The notes below the pieces were generated by a model. It was not told the origin of the DNA. It did no database searches and worked only from the letters and a program-made list of their open reading frames with translations. Both the position numbers and the translations under genes were made by a program. From the NCBI GenBank assembly GCA_019247495.1, contig JAFAOU010000132.1, forward strand, positions 74,733 to 138,732: a stretch of 64,000 nucleotides of DNA, in the 5' to 3' direction. The stretch is from Acidobacteriota bacterium. Its GTDB lineage: Bacteria; Acidobacteriota; Thermoanaerobaculia; Gp7-AA8. This document shows, in pieces, positions 17,108 to 25,040 of the stretch (its first letter is position 1; every line of letters starts with the position of its first letter).

Positions 17108-20100
17108 TTCAACCCCAGTCCCGGATCGGCGCATGGCGTCATCTCGCGGTACGGCTCATCCGTGTAACGGCTCCAGATTTCTTCGGTCATCGGATCCACT
17201 TTCGTGCGGCATAGGTGTGCGGCGAGAACGTCGGTGCGGGCGTCGGAGATGCGGATGGCCGGCTCTTTGCCGCCCGAGATGACACCGCTGCCGTCGGCGT
17301 TGAACGCGACCGCCCAGATCCATCCCTCCTGCCGCGCGATGACCTCCGGCAGTGCTTCCGGCTTGTCGATGTGCCACAAACGGATCGTTCCGTCGGCGCT
17401 GCCGGACGCGAAGACGTCGCCGCGCGGATTGAAGCTGAGCGAGTTGACGCTGGCGGTGTGGCCGGAGAACGTAACCTCTCTCCCCTGCCCCAGCGGCGAG
17501 CCGACGATGCGGCCGTCCGCTCTGCCGCACAGCAGCGCCGTCCCATCGGGCTTGAAGGCGAGGCTGCGAATGTCCTTCGCGTCGTTGCAAACGCTGCGCG
17601 GCTGCGCCTCGGGCTGGGCAACATTCCACAGCAACGCGCCCGAAGGTTGGCTTGCAGCGAGGGCCTTGCCGTCGGGACTGAACGCCACCGCGCGGACGCC
17701 GGTTTTGTTGTCGCCGGTGCGCAGCCGCGCCGGCGCACCCGGATGCGCGGTGTCCCACAGCGTGACCGTGCCGTCGAGATTTCCGGCGGCGAGCAGAGAG
17801 CCCGAAGGCTGAAACGCCAGCGACATCACCGCGCCGGTGCCGGTGGTGACCTGCCGCGGCGCGCTGCCGTTGCGCACGTCCCAGACCGAAACGCTGCCGC
17901 CGCCGGTGCCCGCCGCGAGCAGGTTGCCGCGCAGCGCCAGTGCGCGCACAGGCCCGGGCAATTGCGCGACCACCTTCGGCGGCAGCCATTGATTGCGGTC
18001 GTAATCGTGGCGGGAAATCAGCCCGCTCTCGTCGCCCGCGAAGATGGTGCGGCCGTCGGGCGATGCGGCGATCGCGAGCGCGCCATTTTTCTGCGGCAGC
18101 TTCTGGACCGTTTGCGACGCGTGGCGGCCGCCGACGGCGTGCAGCGCGGCGAAAAGCTCCGGGTCGTCCGGATCGCCGCCGTTCTCCCGATTCAGGCGAT
18201 ACGCTTCGAGGACGAGAGGGATGTCGACGCCGTGTGCTTCGCGCGCGGTCAACGCCAGCGCGCGCGATGCGGAAAGATGGCGCAACGTCGTCGCTTTCTT
18301 GCGTTGCTCCTCGGCCGTTTCCTTTTGCGCGACCGCTTCGCCGCGGGCAATCTCCGTTTTCCTGGTCTGGTCGCGGGCCTCGCGCTCGTTGGCCAGTGCT
18401 TTCTGTTGCTCGCTTTCCGCGCGGAGGCGCTCGCGTTCCGCGAGCTCGCTCTGCCGCTGCGCGATCTCCGTCTGCGTTTCGGCGCGGCTGCGCTGTTGTC
18501 GGGCGACGTCGCGCTCACGGTCGGCCGCGAAGCGCGCCTCCTCCGCTCGCCCCTTCTCGGTCTCAGCGCGCCGTTTCTCGGTCTGCGCGCGTTTCTGCGC
18601 TGCATCAACGCGATCGAGCTCTTCCTCAGCCACGCGCTCCAGGCGCTGCGCCTCCGTCTTCTGGCGGAACGCGGTGTATCCGAGACCCATCGTCGCCAGG
18701 AAGGCGACCGACAACACGGCGATGACGACGCGCGCCTGGCGCAGCGCGCGCCGGCGCCGCTGTTCTCGCTGCTGGATCTTTTCGTCGCGCTCATTCCGGC
18801 TGGCGTCGAGAAAGGCCATGGCCCTCGCGAACGACGGGTCGTGGCGCTCCGCCCATTCCGGCGTCGGCTGTTCCTCTTCGCGCCACGAGAGTGCGAACTG
18901 CAGCTCCGGATCGCGCCACAGCGCCGCTTTCCCCTCCTCATGCCGCTGCGCCGCCTCGGAGAGTTTGAGATAGAGCTGGGCGGCCTGCGCCTCGTCGTCG
19001 GCCCACTGCGACAGCCGTTCCCAGTTGCGCATCAGGCTTTCGTGCGAGATGTCGAGGATGGAGTTGTCGTTGAGCGGGACGTCCGCCGGCGGCATCAGGA
19101 ACGAACGCCCCTGCCGCCGGAAGCTGGCCGTGACGCGGGTGATCTCTTCCAGGCTGGCCTGCGTGAGCGCGCGGATCTCGCTGACCGGCGCCGGGCGCCT
19201 AACGCCGCGGGGGTCCGAGGCCTTGTCGGTCAGCGCTTTGAACATCTTCTCGGCAATGAATCGCCCGCGCTCGTCGAGCTCCCCGAAGGCCTCCTCGGCG
19301 TGACGCGACAACGCGTCGCGCAACGTGCCGATCTCTTCGTACTGCGAAAGATCGAGCCCTTCGCCGCGGTAGTGGAAAGACCGCCAGCGCTCCCAGGTCC
19401 GCATCAGCGCGTGCTGGAGGATGGGAAGCTGATCGGGATCGTCGCCGACGTCATTCAACAACCGCGACACCAGACGCGGCGCGATCGTCGCTCCGCCCAC
19501 AGCGACCGGTCCGGTGATGGCGAACCGCAGCTCCTCGCGCGTCATCCGCGGGACGAGATAGATCCCTTCGTTGACCACTTCCGGCAGCGTGCCGAACTCC
19601 ATGCAGTCGCCGATGAAGTCGGAGCGCATGGTGATGGCGACGTAGATGGGGATTTCGGTTTCGCGCGCGGCCAGCAGAAGTTTGACGAAGGCCGCCGCTT
19701 CGTCCCCGCCATCGGGGCCGCGGCTGAATTTGTAGCGGAAGATCTCCTCGAATTGGTCGACCAGTAAGAGGACGTTGTCCGCGGCGCCGATCTGCGACTG
19801 GCGGACGCACTCGACCAGGCCGAGGCGGCTGGCGCGCAGCGTCGTTTCAAAAAGAGCGCGGGTCAGCTTCTCGTCGGCGCCGCCGCCGAGAGCGTCGGAA
19901 GCAGTGAGCGCTGCTGCGAGATTGCCGATCGGATTTTCGCCCGGCCTCATCGTCGCCACGCGCCACCGGGAGCCCGCGCGCGTCATCGCCCCGCCGTGAA
20001 GGCTGGGGATCAGACCTGAGCGCACCAGCGACGACTTGCCACTTCCGGAGCGGCCGAGAACGGAGAGGAATCGCGTGCTGCGCAGCCTTCGCAGGAGCTC

Positions 20101-20241
20101 GTCGGTCTGCCGCTCGCGTCCGAAGAAGAGATAGTCCTCGTCGGGTTCGAACGGGCGCAATCCAGGAAATGGATTGACCTCCGCCGTCGGATCGAGAGCG
20201 ATCACGATGCCGGAGCTGCTGCTTTTGCGATCGCTGCTCAT
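17104..20241 (-). CDS. STAND-class P-loop NTPase with single TM helix, long coiled coil and C-terminal WD40 propeller
   Basis: NPFPGLRPFEPDEDYLFFGRERQTDELLRRL, Walker A GRSGSGKSS and Walker B LLLVDQFEEIF. RRRRALRQAR precedes the TM VVIAVLSVAFLATMGLGYTAF. Then an E/R/Q/A-rich coiled coil and WD40 repeats (GHTASVNSLSFNPRGDVFASGSADGTIRLWHI). The start ATG at 20241 overlaps the TIR stop (ATGA). Confidence 0.85.
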   Translation of the reverse strand: MSSDRKSSSSGIVIALDPTAEVNPFPGLRPFEPDEDYLFFGRERQTDELLRRLRSTRFLSVLGRSGSGKSSLVRSGLIPSLHGGAMTRAGSRWRVATMRPGENPIGNLAAALTASDALGGGADEKLTRALFETTLRASRLGLVECVRQSQIGAADNVLLLVDQFEEIFRYKFSRGPDGGDEAAAFVKLLLAARETEIPIYVAITMRSDFIGDCMEFGTLPEVVNEGIYLVPRMTREELRFAITGPVAVGGATIAPRLVSRLLNDVGDDPDQLPILQHALMRTWERWRSFHYRGEGLDLSQYEEIGTLRDALSRHAEEAFGELDERGRFIAEKMFKALTDKASDPRGVRRPAPVSEIRALTQASLEEITRVTASFRRQGRSFLMPPADVPLNDNSILDISHESLMRNWERLSQWADDEAQAAQLYLKLSEAAQRHEEGKAALWRDPELQFALSWREEEQPTPEWAERHDPSFARAMAFLDASRNERDEKIQQREQRRRRALRQARVVIAVLSVAFLATMGLGYTAFRQKTEAQRLERVAEEELDRVDAAQKRAQTEKRRAETEKGRAEEARFAADRERDVARQQRSRAETQTEIAQRQSELAERERLRAESEQQKALANEREARDQTRKTEIARGEAVAQKETAEEQRKKATTLRHLSASRALALTAREAHGVDIPLVLEAYRLNRENGGDPDDPELFAALHAVGGRHASQTVQKLPQKNGALAIAASPDGRTIFAGDESGLISRHDYDRNQWLPPKVVAQLPGPVRALALRGNLLAAGTGGGSVSVWDVRNGSAPRQVTTGTGAVMSLAFQPSGSLLAAGNLDGTVTLWDTAHPGAPARLRTGDNKTGVRAVAFSPDGKALAASQPSGALLWNVAQPEAQPRSVCNDAKDIRSLAFKPDGTALLCGRADGRIVGSPLGQGREVTFSGHTASVNSLSFNPRGDVFASGSADGTIRLWHIDKPEALPEVIARQEGWIWAVAFNADGSGVISGGKEPAIRISDARTDVLAAHLCRTKVDPMTEEIWSRYTDEPYREMTPCADPGLGLK

Positions 20242-21737
20242 GATCCCGATTCCCGCCCCTTCGCGATCGCGTCCAGCAGCGGCGCGAGCACCGATGGATC
20301 GAACCCGCCGGCCGGCTCGCGGATCAGCATCGCCTCGTGTGTGCGAAAGCGATCTTTCTGCGCCGTGGCCGGTGCGCCGGCGTAAATGCCGCGCGCGTAC
20401 AACGGCCGCTCGCGCCCGAGCGCCGCGCTCTTTTGCAGCTCGCGCAACTTCCGCCGCAGCCACAGCTCATCGCCGGCGCCGTAGTAGAGAAGGATCACGT
20501 CCGCCGAGCGGAGGTTTTCCTCGTGCTCCAGCCGCGCCTGCGCTTCATCGTCGTCGAAGACCGGAAGGACGACTTCGAAGCCTTCGCTGAACAGGTAATC
20601 TTCGAGAGGCTGCGCCGCGGTGACGTCCTGCTGATCGCAGAGGAGGTACAGCCGCGGATGCTCCTGCTCCGCGGGCACAGCAGCCGCCTTCACAACGACG
20701 GCCGGCGGCGGCGTGAGCTTTCGGTAAATGAATGCCTTCAGCTCCTCGATCGGAACTTCCAGCAACTCCGCCGTGGCGTGTACCAACGGATTGGTCTGCA
20801 GACTGTGGACGAACGTGCGCTGCCGCTCGTCTTCGATCTGCACTCCCGGCCGAAGCCAGATGATGCTCGACAGCGCGCTGCCCGGCGCGGCCTCCGAGGC
20901 CAGCACCTGTTGCCGTTCCACGATGGAGACCCGCGCGCCCTCGGGCACGATGCCGTAGTTCAGTCCGACCAGATGGATCGAGACGTTGCTTCGCTCGAGC
21001 TGTTCGCGAACGATGGCATCCAGCTCCGGACCGACGAGCGGCAGCGCGCGATCCGGGAGGACTTCGTAGCCGTTGCGGACCAGGTCGCGCTTGATGGCCT
21101 CGCGCTCCTCGCGCAACTCGAAGCTCGTCTCCGCGAGAAAGAGCGTTCCCTTCGACGCGCCAGGCGCGGACGCGCCAGGCACGACGCTGGCCGTCTCGCT
21201 TTCAATCAGGTCGAGAAGCTGCGCGATGTCGAAGGCGAGGTCGTCGAGCTTCGTCAGGAAGGTGCGCTCCTTCCCGAAATCCTGCGACAGCTCCCGCGGC
21301 CGGCCGGCCTCGTCATAAACGAAGAATTCATAGCCGAGCATCGGCTGTACTTCCTCGGGAAGCCGCTCCTGGCTGACCGGCGTCTTCACCACTTTGAAGA
21401 TGCGGGCCTTATCGCCGATGCGCGTGCCGCCGGAGCGCTCTGCGAGGCGGGAGAACTCTTTCAACTCCCGGTTGCACCACTCCGACTGCACGTAACGCGG
21501 CGAGAGCACCGACACCAGCGCGGCAATCCGCGGAAGGCGCTCGAGGATGGTGTCGGCAAAGATGTCGTTGCCCTGCAACTTCTGATCGCGCCAGATCTTC
21601 GGCTTCTGTCCCCGCACCTGTCCGACACGGATCTCCAGGAGCCTATGCAGCTCCGAAATCCAGCCCTGCTCACCAGGGACTAACGCTTCGTTGTCCAGAT
21701 GAGCATAGCTAATCAGGAAGTCGTGCTCGAATTGCAT
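20238..21737 (-). CDS. TIR-domain protein with two further TIR-like/flavodoxin-like modules
   Basis: N-terminal HDFLISYAHLDNE...ALVSVLSPRYVQSEWCNRELKEF, the classic bacterial TIR pattern including the catalytic-Glu context. Downstream modules are LFLAETSFELREEREAIKRDLVRNGYEVL... and LYLLCDQQDVTAAQPLEDYLFSEGFEVVLPVFDDD... Confidence 0.85.
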   Translation of the reverse strand: MQFEHDFLISYAHLDNEALVPGEQGWISELHRLLEIRVGQVRGQKPKIWRDQKLQGNDIFADTILERLPRIAALVSVLSPRYVQSEWCNRELKEFSRLAERSGGTRIGDKARIFKVVKTPVSQERLPEEVQPMLGYEFFVYDEAGRPRELSQDFGKERTFLTKLDDLAFDIAQLLDLIESETASVVPGASAPGASKGTLFLAETSFELREEREAIKRDLVRNGYEVLPDRALPLVGPELDAIVREQLERSNVSIHLVGLNYGIVPEGARVSIVERQQVLASEAAPGSALSSIIWLRPGVQIEDERQRTFVHSLQTNPLVHATAELLEVPIEELKAFIYRKLTPPPAVVVKAAAVPAEQEHPRLYLLCDQQDVTAAQPLEDYLFSEGFEVVLPVFDDDEAQARLEHEENLRSADVILLYYGAGDELWLRRKLRELQKSAALGRERPLYARGIYAGAPATAQKDRFRTHEAMLIREPAGGFDPSVLAPLLDAIAKGRESGS

Positions 21738-21877
21738 GAATTATGGGGAGGGACATTAAGGGAGTGATGTGGCGAGGCATTTCCCTACCCCTGATCGAGG
21801 AGAAGCCGATAAAACAGCGGCTTGGCGCCTGAGCCCGCTTCTGGCCGTGTTAGCGGGCTGGCCGCTAAATGGCGGCA

Positions 21878-22690
21878 TCAAATCGGATCGCGATACCGGC
21901 GCAGGCGTACTGCGCCAGCGACGCATACCGCCGCGATGGCCAAGCCGATCCATAACCCGGGCATGGTCAGGAACTCTAGCGGGTGGGAGGGCCAAAGCAT
22001 CGTCATGCTCCCCTTTGCGGGGTCAGATCCCATTCCGCCACTGATGCGCGAGCCGAGCATGGTGGCGAAACGCGTGGTGTTTAAGGCGATCTTCTCGAGG
22101 ACGCCGATCGCGGCCAGCGGCAGGAACGCCCACAGAAACGGCAGGCGCTTGGCCCACGCTGAGACCAGCAGTAGCCAGCCGAAAATCGGCGCGTAGTAGA
22201 GGGAGTGGACGGTGATCAGGTGATAGAGCATCCCCGATGACATCCGCAGCCACGGCAGGCTCCATAACGCGGCGGCGCTCTGACCCTTCATCGCCAGAAA
22301 AGCGCTGGCCGCCAGCAGCATGATCAGCTGCGTCGCGATGGCGAGCACGAACGTGACCACCGGCAGGATGACCATCGGCACAGCCATCTTCGACAGCACC
22401 GCCGTCCAATCGGAGACCGGCATCGATTTCCAGAAGAGAACACTGCGGTCGCGGCGCTCGCCATAAAGAGCGTCGAGACAATAGAAGATGGCCACGATCA
22501 AGGTCGTACCCATCAGCACTCCGGCCACGAGCTCGTCATGCGCGGCCAGCTTGCCCGGCTGCAGGTTGTGCCTCACGGCACCGAACGAGGCGAGTGCGAT
22601 CACCCCCGCCACGGTCAGCGGCGCGAGGTAGATGGAACGGTTCTCCCACAACTCGCGACGCACTTGCCAGATCATCGATCGTGAATTCAT
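21878..22690 (-). CDS. ABC-2-type transporter permease
   Basis: 270-aa polytopic membrane ORF. Its start overlaps the ATPase stop by 4 nt (22687-22690). Confidence 0.7.
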   Translation of the reverse strand: MNSRSMIWQVRRELWENRSIYLAPLTVAGVIALASFGAVRHNLQPGKLAAHDELVAGVLMGTTLIVAIFYCLDALYGERRDRSVLFWKSMPVSDWTAVLSKMAVPMVILPVVTFVLAIATQLIMLLAASAFLAMKGQSAAALWSLPWLRMSSGMLYHLITVHSLYYAPIFGWLLLVSAWAKRLPFLWAFLPLAAIGVLEKIALNTTRFATMLGSRISGGMGSDPAKGSMTMLWPSHPLEFLTMPGLWIGLAIAAVCVAGAVRLRRYRDPI

Positions 22691-23559
22691 GGCGTCGCTC
22701 CCTCCCGCTCCATCACCGCCACGAACACATCGGCAATGCTCGGCGTGCGCACCTCGCCCAGCGCGGCGAGTTGCTCGCGATCGGCGCCCCCAGCCTGAAG
22801 ATCGACCAACAGGATGCTGCGCCCGAGCATTTGCCGCTCGGAGATCGGCCGCAGGGCTCGGGCGGCGGCAAGACTGTCCGGACGAACCACCACCTGGAGA
22901 TAGCGAGACTCGAACTGCTCCATGCTGGAACCGAAGACAATGCGGCCACGATTGATGAACACGACATCGGTGAGCACGTCCTGGATCTCTTCGACCTGGT
23001 GCGTGGTCACCAGAATGGTGCGGCTCTGATCGAAGTAATCGTTCAGCAGCGAGTCGTAGAATTGCTTGCGGTAGAGGATATCGAGTCCGAGCGTCGGTTC
23101 GTCCAGCACCAGCAGCCTGGCATCAACAGCCATGACCAGCGCCAAGTGAAGCTGGGTCACCATCCCTTTGGACAACTCCCGCACTCTGGCGTTTCGCTTG
23201 ATCGCCGTCCTGCCCAGGAACTCCTCGGCTTTAGCGCGATCGAATCGCGGATGCACGCCGCCGGCGTAGTCGAGCAGTTGAGAAACGCGGATCCAGCGCG
23301 GCAGCACGGCAACGTCGGCGATGTAGGCGACGTCGCGCATCAGTTGTGCGCGCGCGGTCCACGGGTCGCGCCCCAGCACAGCGAGCTGCCCTTCGTATTG
23401 CGTGAGACCGAGAATCGTATTGAGCGCCGTGGTTTTGCCGGCGCCGTTCGGACCGATCAGGCCGACGATGCGCCCTTCCTCGACGCGCAGATCGACGCCG
23501 TCGAGCGCCATCGTGGTCCCGAATGCTTTTCGAATGCCCCGCGCCTCGATGACCGCCAT
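22687..23559 (-). CDS. ABC transporter ATP-binding protein
   Basis: Walker A GPNGAGKTT, signature LSKGMVTQ and Walker B LLVLDEPTLGLD. The internal ATG at 23559 (MAVIEARGIRKAFG) shares 1 nt with the GntR stop (TGATG). Confidence 0.9.
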   Translation of the reverse strand: MAVIEARGIRKAFGTTMALDGVDLRVEEGRIVGLIGPNGAGKTTALNTILGLTQYEGQLAVLGRDPWTARAQLMRDVAYIADVAVLPRWIRVSQLLDYAGGVHPRFDRAKAEEFLGRTAIKRNARVRELSKGMVTQLHLALVMAVDARLLVLDEPTLGLDILYRKQFYDSLLNDYFDQSRTILVTTHQVEEIQDVLTDVVFINRGRIVFGSSMEQFESRYLQVVVRPDSLAAARALRPISERQMLGRSILLVDLQAGGADREQLAALGEVRTPSIADVFVAVMEREGATP

Positions 23560-23921
23560 CAGCGCTTCTCCCGGCGATGCTTGAGGAGCTCCTTGGCGGT
23601 CAGCCCCAGCCGCTGAATCCTCTCCTGAATCCTCGGCCACTCCTCTTCCAGAAACTTCTGCCGTTCGCTGCGCAAAAGAAGTTCGCGCGCGCCGGCGTTG
23701 ACGAACATTCCGCGGCCGCGCCGCATCTCGACCAGGTTCTCGTCGACGAGCTCCTGGTAGGCTCTCAGAACTGTGAGGTGATTGAGCCGGTAGTCAGTGG
23801 CCACGGTACGGACCGATGGGATGGCATCGCCTTCCTTGAGCAACCCTTCCAGGATCATGGCCACGATGCGGCCCCGAAGCTGGCGATAGATTGGTTGTGT
23901 GTCGTCCCACTCGCGGTCCAT
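23559..23921 (-). CDS. GntR-family (YtrA-like, short) transcriptional regulator
   Basis: 120 aa. Winged-helix signature PIYRQLRGRIVAMILEGLLKEGDAIPSVRTVATDYRLNHLTVLRAYQELVDENLVEMRRGRGMFV, with a short C-terminal tail as in YtrA-type members. Confidence 0.85.
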   Translation of the reverse strand: MDREWDDTQPIYRQLRGRIVAMILEGLLKEGDAIPSVRTVATDYRLNHLTVLRAYQELVDENLVEMRRGRGMFVNAGARELLLRSERQKFLEEEWPRIQERIQRLGLTAKELLKHRREKR

Positions 23922-23930
23922 TCGGTAGCG

Positions 23931-25040
23931 TCATTTCATTGTAAGCGGCAGGGGTCCATCGCCGTTGAAAAAAGGCGCGAGGTAAATCCCGTGCCGCGCG
24001 GCGATCATCTCGATTTCCTCGACGAGCTTCGGCGTGATTGCACCCCTTCCGCGGGAGAAGGACTCGAACCTTCCTTCCAGCGTCAGAGCGATGCCTTCCA
24101 GCAGACATCCGTGAGCGACATCGGGGAACGGATGATGGTTCAGGATTCCACGAAGATCGGGGTCGAACGTCAATCCGCCCGTGATCTGTCCAAGCCCTCC
24201 GAAAAAAACGGTGGCCCGGGAGGTCTCTGCATCGGGGGAGAGGTTCTTGGGGTAGCCGGCATCGCAAACGAGGGCGTCGGCCGCGATGTTGTCCAGCAAA
24301 AGGGATGGCGACGGGAGACTGGCCGCGCAGATCGCGAGATCGGCTTGCTCGGAGAATTGCGCGAGGTCCGTTCCGATCTCGATCTCGACGCCTTCGCCTT
24401 CGAGTTCTACCGCCAGCCGGCGAAGCCGCTCGACATTGCGCGCGACGAGTTGCACACGTCTCACCTTCCCTGCCAGGCAACGGACGCAGCCCGAACCGAC
24501 GTCTCCGGTTGCCCCGACCACGAGCAGCGTCGATTGCCAAAGGTTCCGCCCCTGCAGCGCGCACATCTTCTCGATGCCCTGAACGATGAACGCGACCGTC
24601 AGCGTATTGCCGGTGGTGAAGACCGTGGCGCGTCCGGGCGGGAGCTGATCGAACTTCCCCTCCAAGAGAATGGAGCTGAATCCGCCGAGGCTGACGATGC
24701 GGGCTCCTGCCTTGATTGCGTACGCCGCGGCAGCACGAACCCGCGTCAGGTTCTCCTGCACACAGCCGGCATCCAAGCGGTCAGGAGGAATGAACGAGTC
24801 GATGTAAAGGCCATGCGCCTCGGCAGCAGCAATCGACTTCACCGCCACGCGGCAGACGGCACGGGGCGGAATCCACGGAAGGATGTCCCTGATCTCATCG
24901 TCCGGCAGCGGCGTCTGCTCCGGTCCGCGCAGAGCCGAGAAGACGTCCGCCGCTGCGCTCCAACTCTCCGGATGTCCGACCAGGGCGAAATCGACTTGCG
25001 GCGCAGCCGATGGCGCTATACCGGCAACTGTGCAATCCAT
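23931..25040 (-). CDS. Acyl-ACP reductase (cyanobacterial AAR)-like NAD(P)H-dependent reductase
   Basis: Collinear with remembered cyanobacterial AAR: VGHPESW (cf. IGHLTS), SLGGFSSILLEG, FTTGNTLT, the VVGATGDVGS Rossmann loop, CDAGYPKN, HGCLLEGIALTLEGRF (catalytic Cys context) and ITPKLVEEIEMIAARHG. Start set at ATG 25040. Confidence 0.75.
   Translation of the reverse strand: MDCTVAGIAPSAAPQVDFALVGHPESWSAAADVFSALRGPEQTPLPDDEIRDILPWIPPRAVCRVAVKSIAAAEAHGLYIDSFIPPDRLDAGCVQENLTRVRAAAAYAIKAGARIVSLGGFSSILLEGKFDQLPPGRATVFTTGNTLTVAFIVQGIEKMCALQGRNLWQSTLLVVGATGDVGSGCVRCLAGKVRRVQLVARNVERLRRLAVELEGEGVEIEIGTDLAQFSEQADLAICAASLPSPSLLLDNIAADALVCDAGYPKNLSPDAETSRATVFFGGLGQITGGLTFDPDLRGILNHHPFPDVAHGCLLEGIALTLEGRFESFSRGRGAITPKLVEEIEMIAARHGIYLAPFFNGDGPLPLTMK

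Noticed and set aside
17215-19767. 850-aa plus-strand ORF antisense to the STAND-WD40 gene
   Set aside because: Arg/Ala/Gly-rich, low-complexity shadow frame typical of high-GC DNA. The opposite strand has clear P-loop and WD40 motifs.
20242-20463. N-terminal 74-aa extension of the STAND ORF
   Set aside because: It lies wholly inside the TIR coding region in another frame and is Arg/Ala-rich. The ATG at 20241 gives the typical family N-terminus and an ATGA junction.
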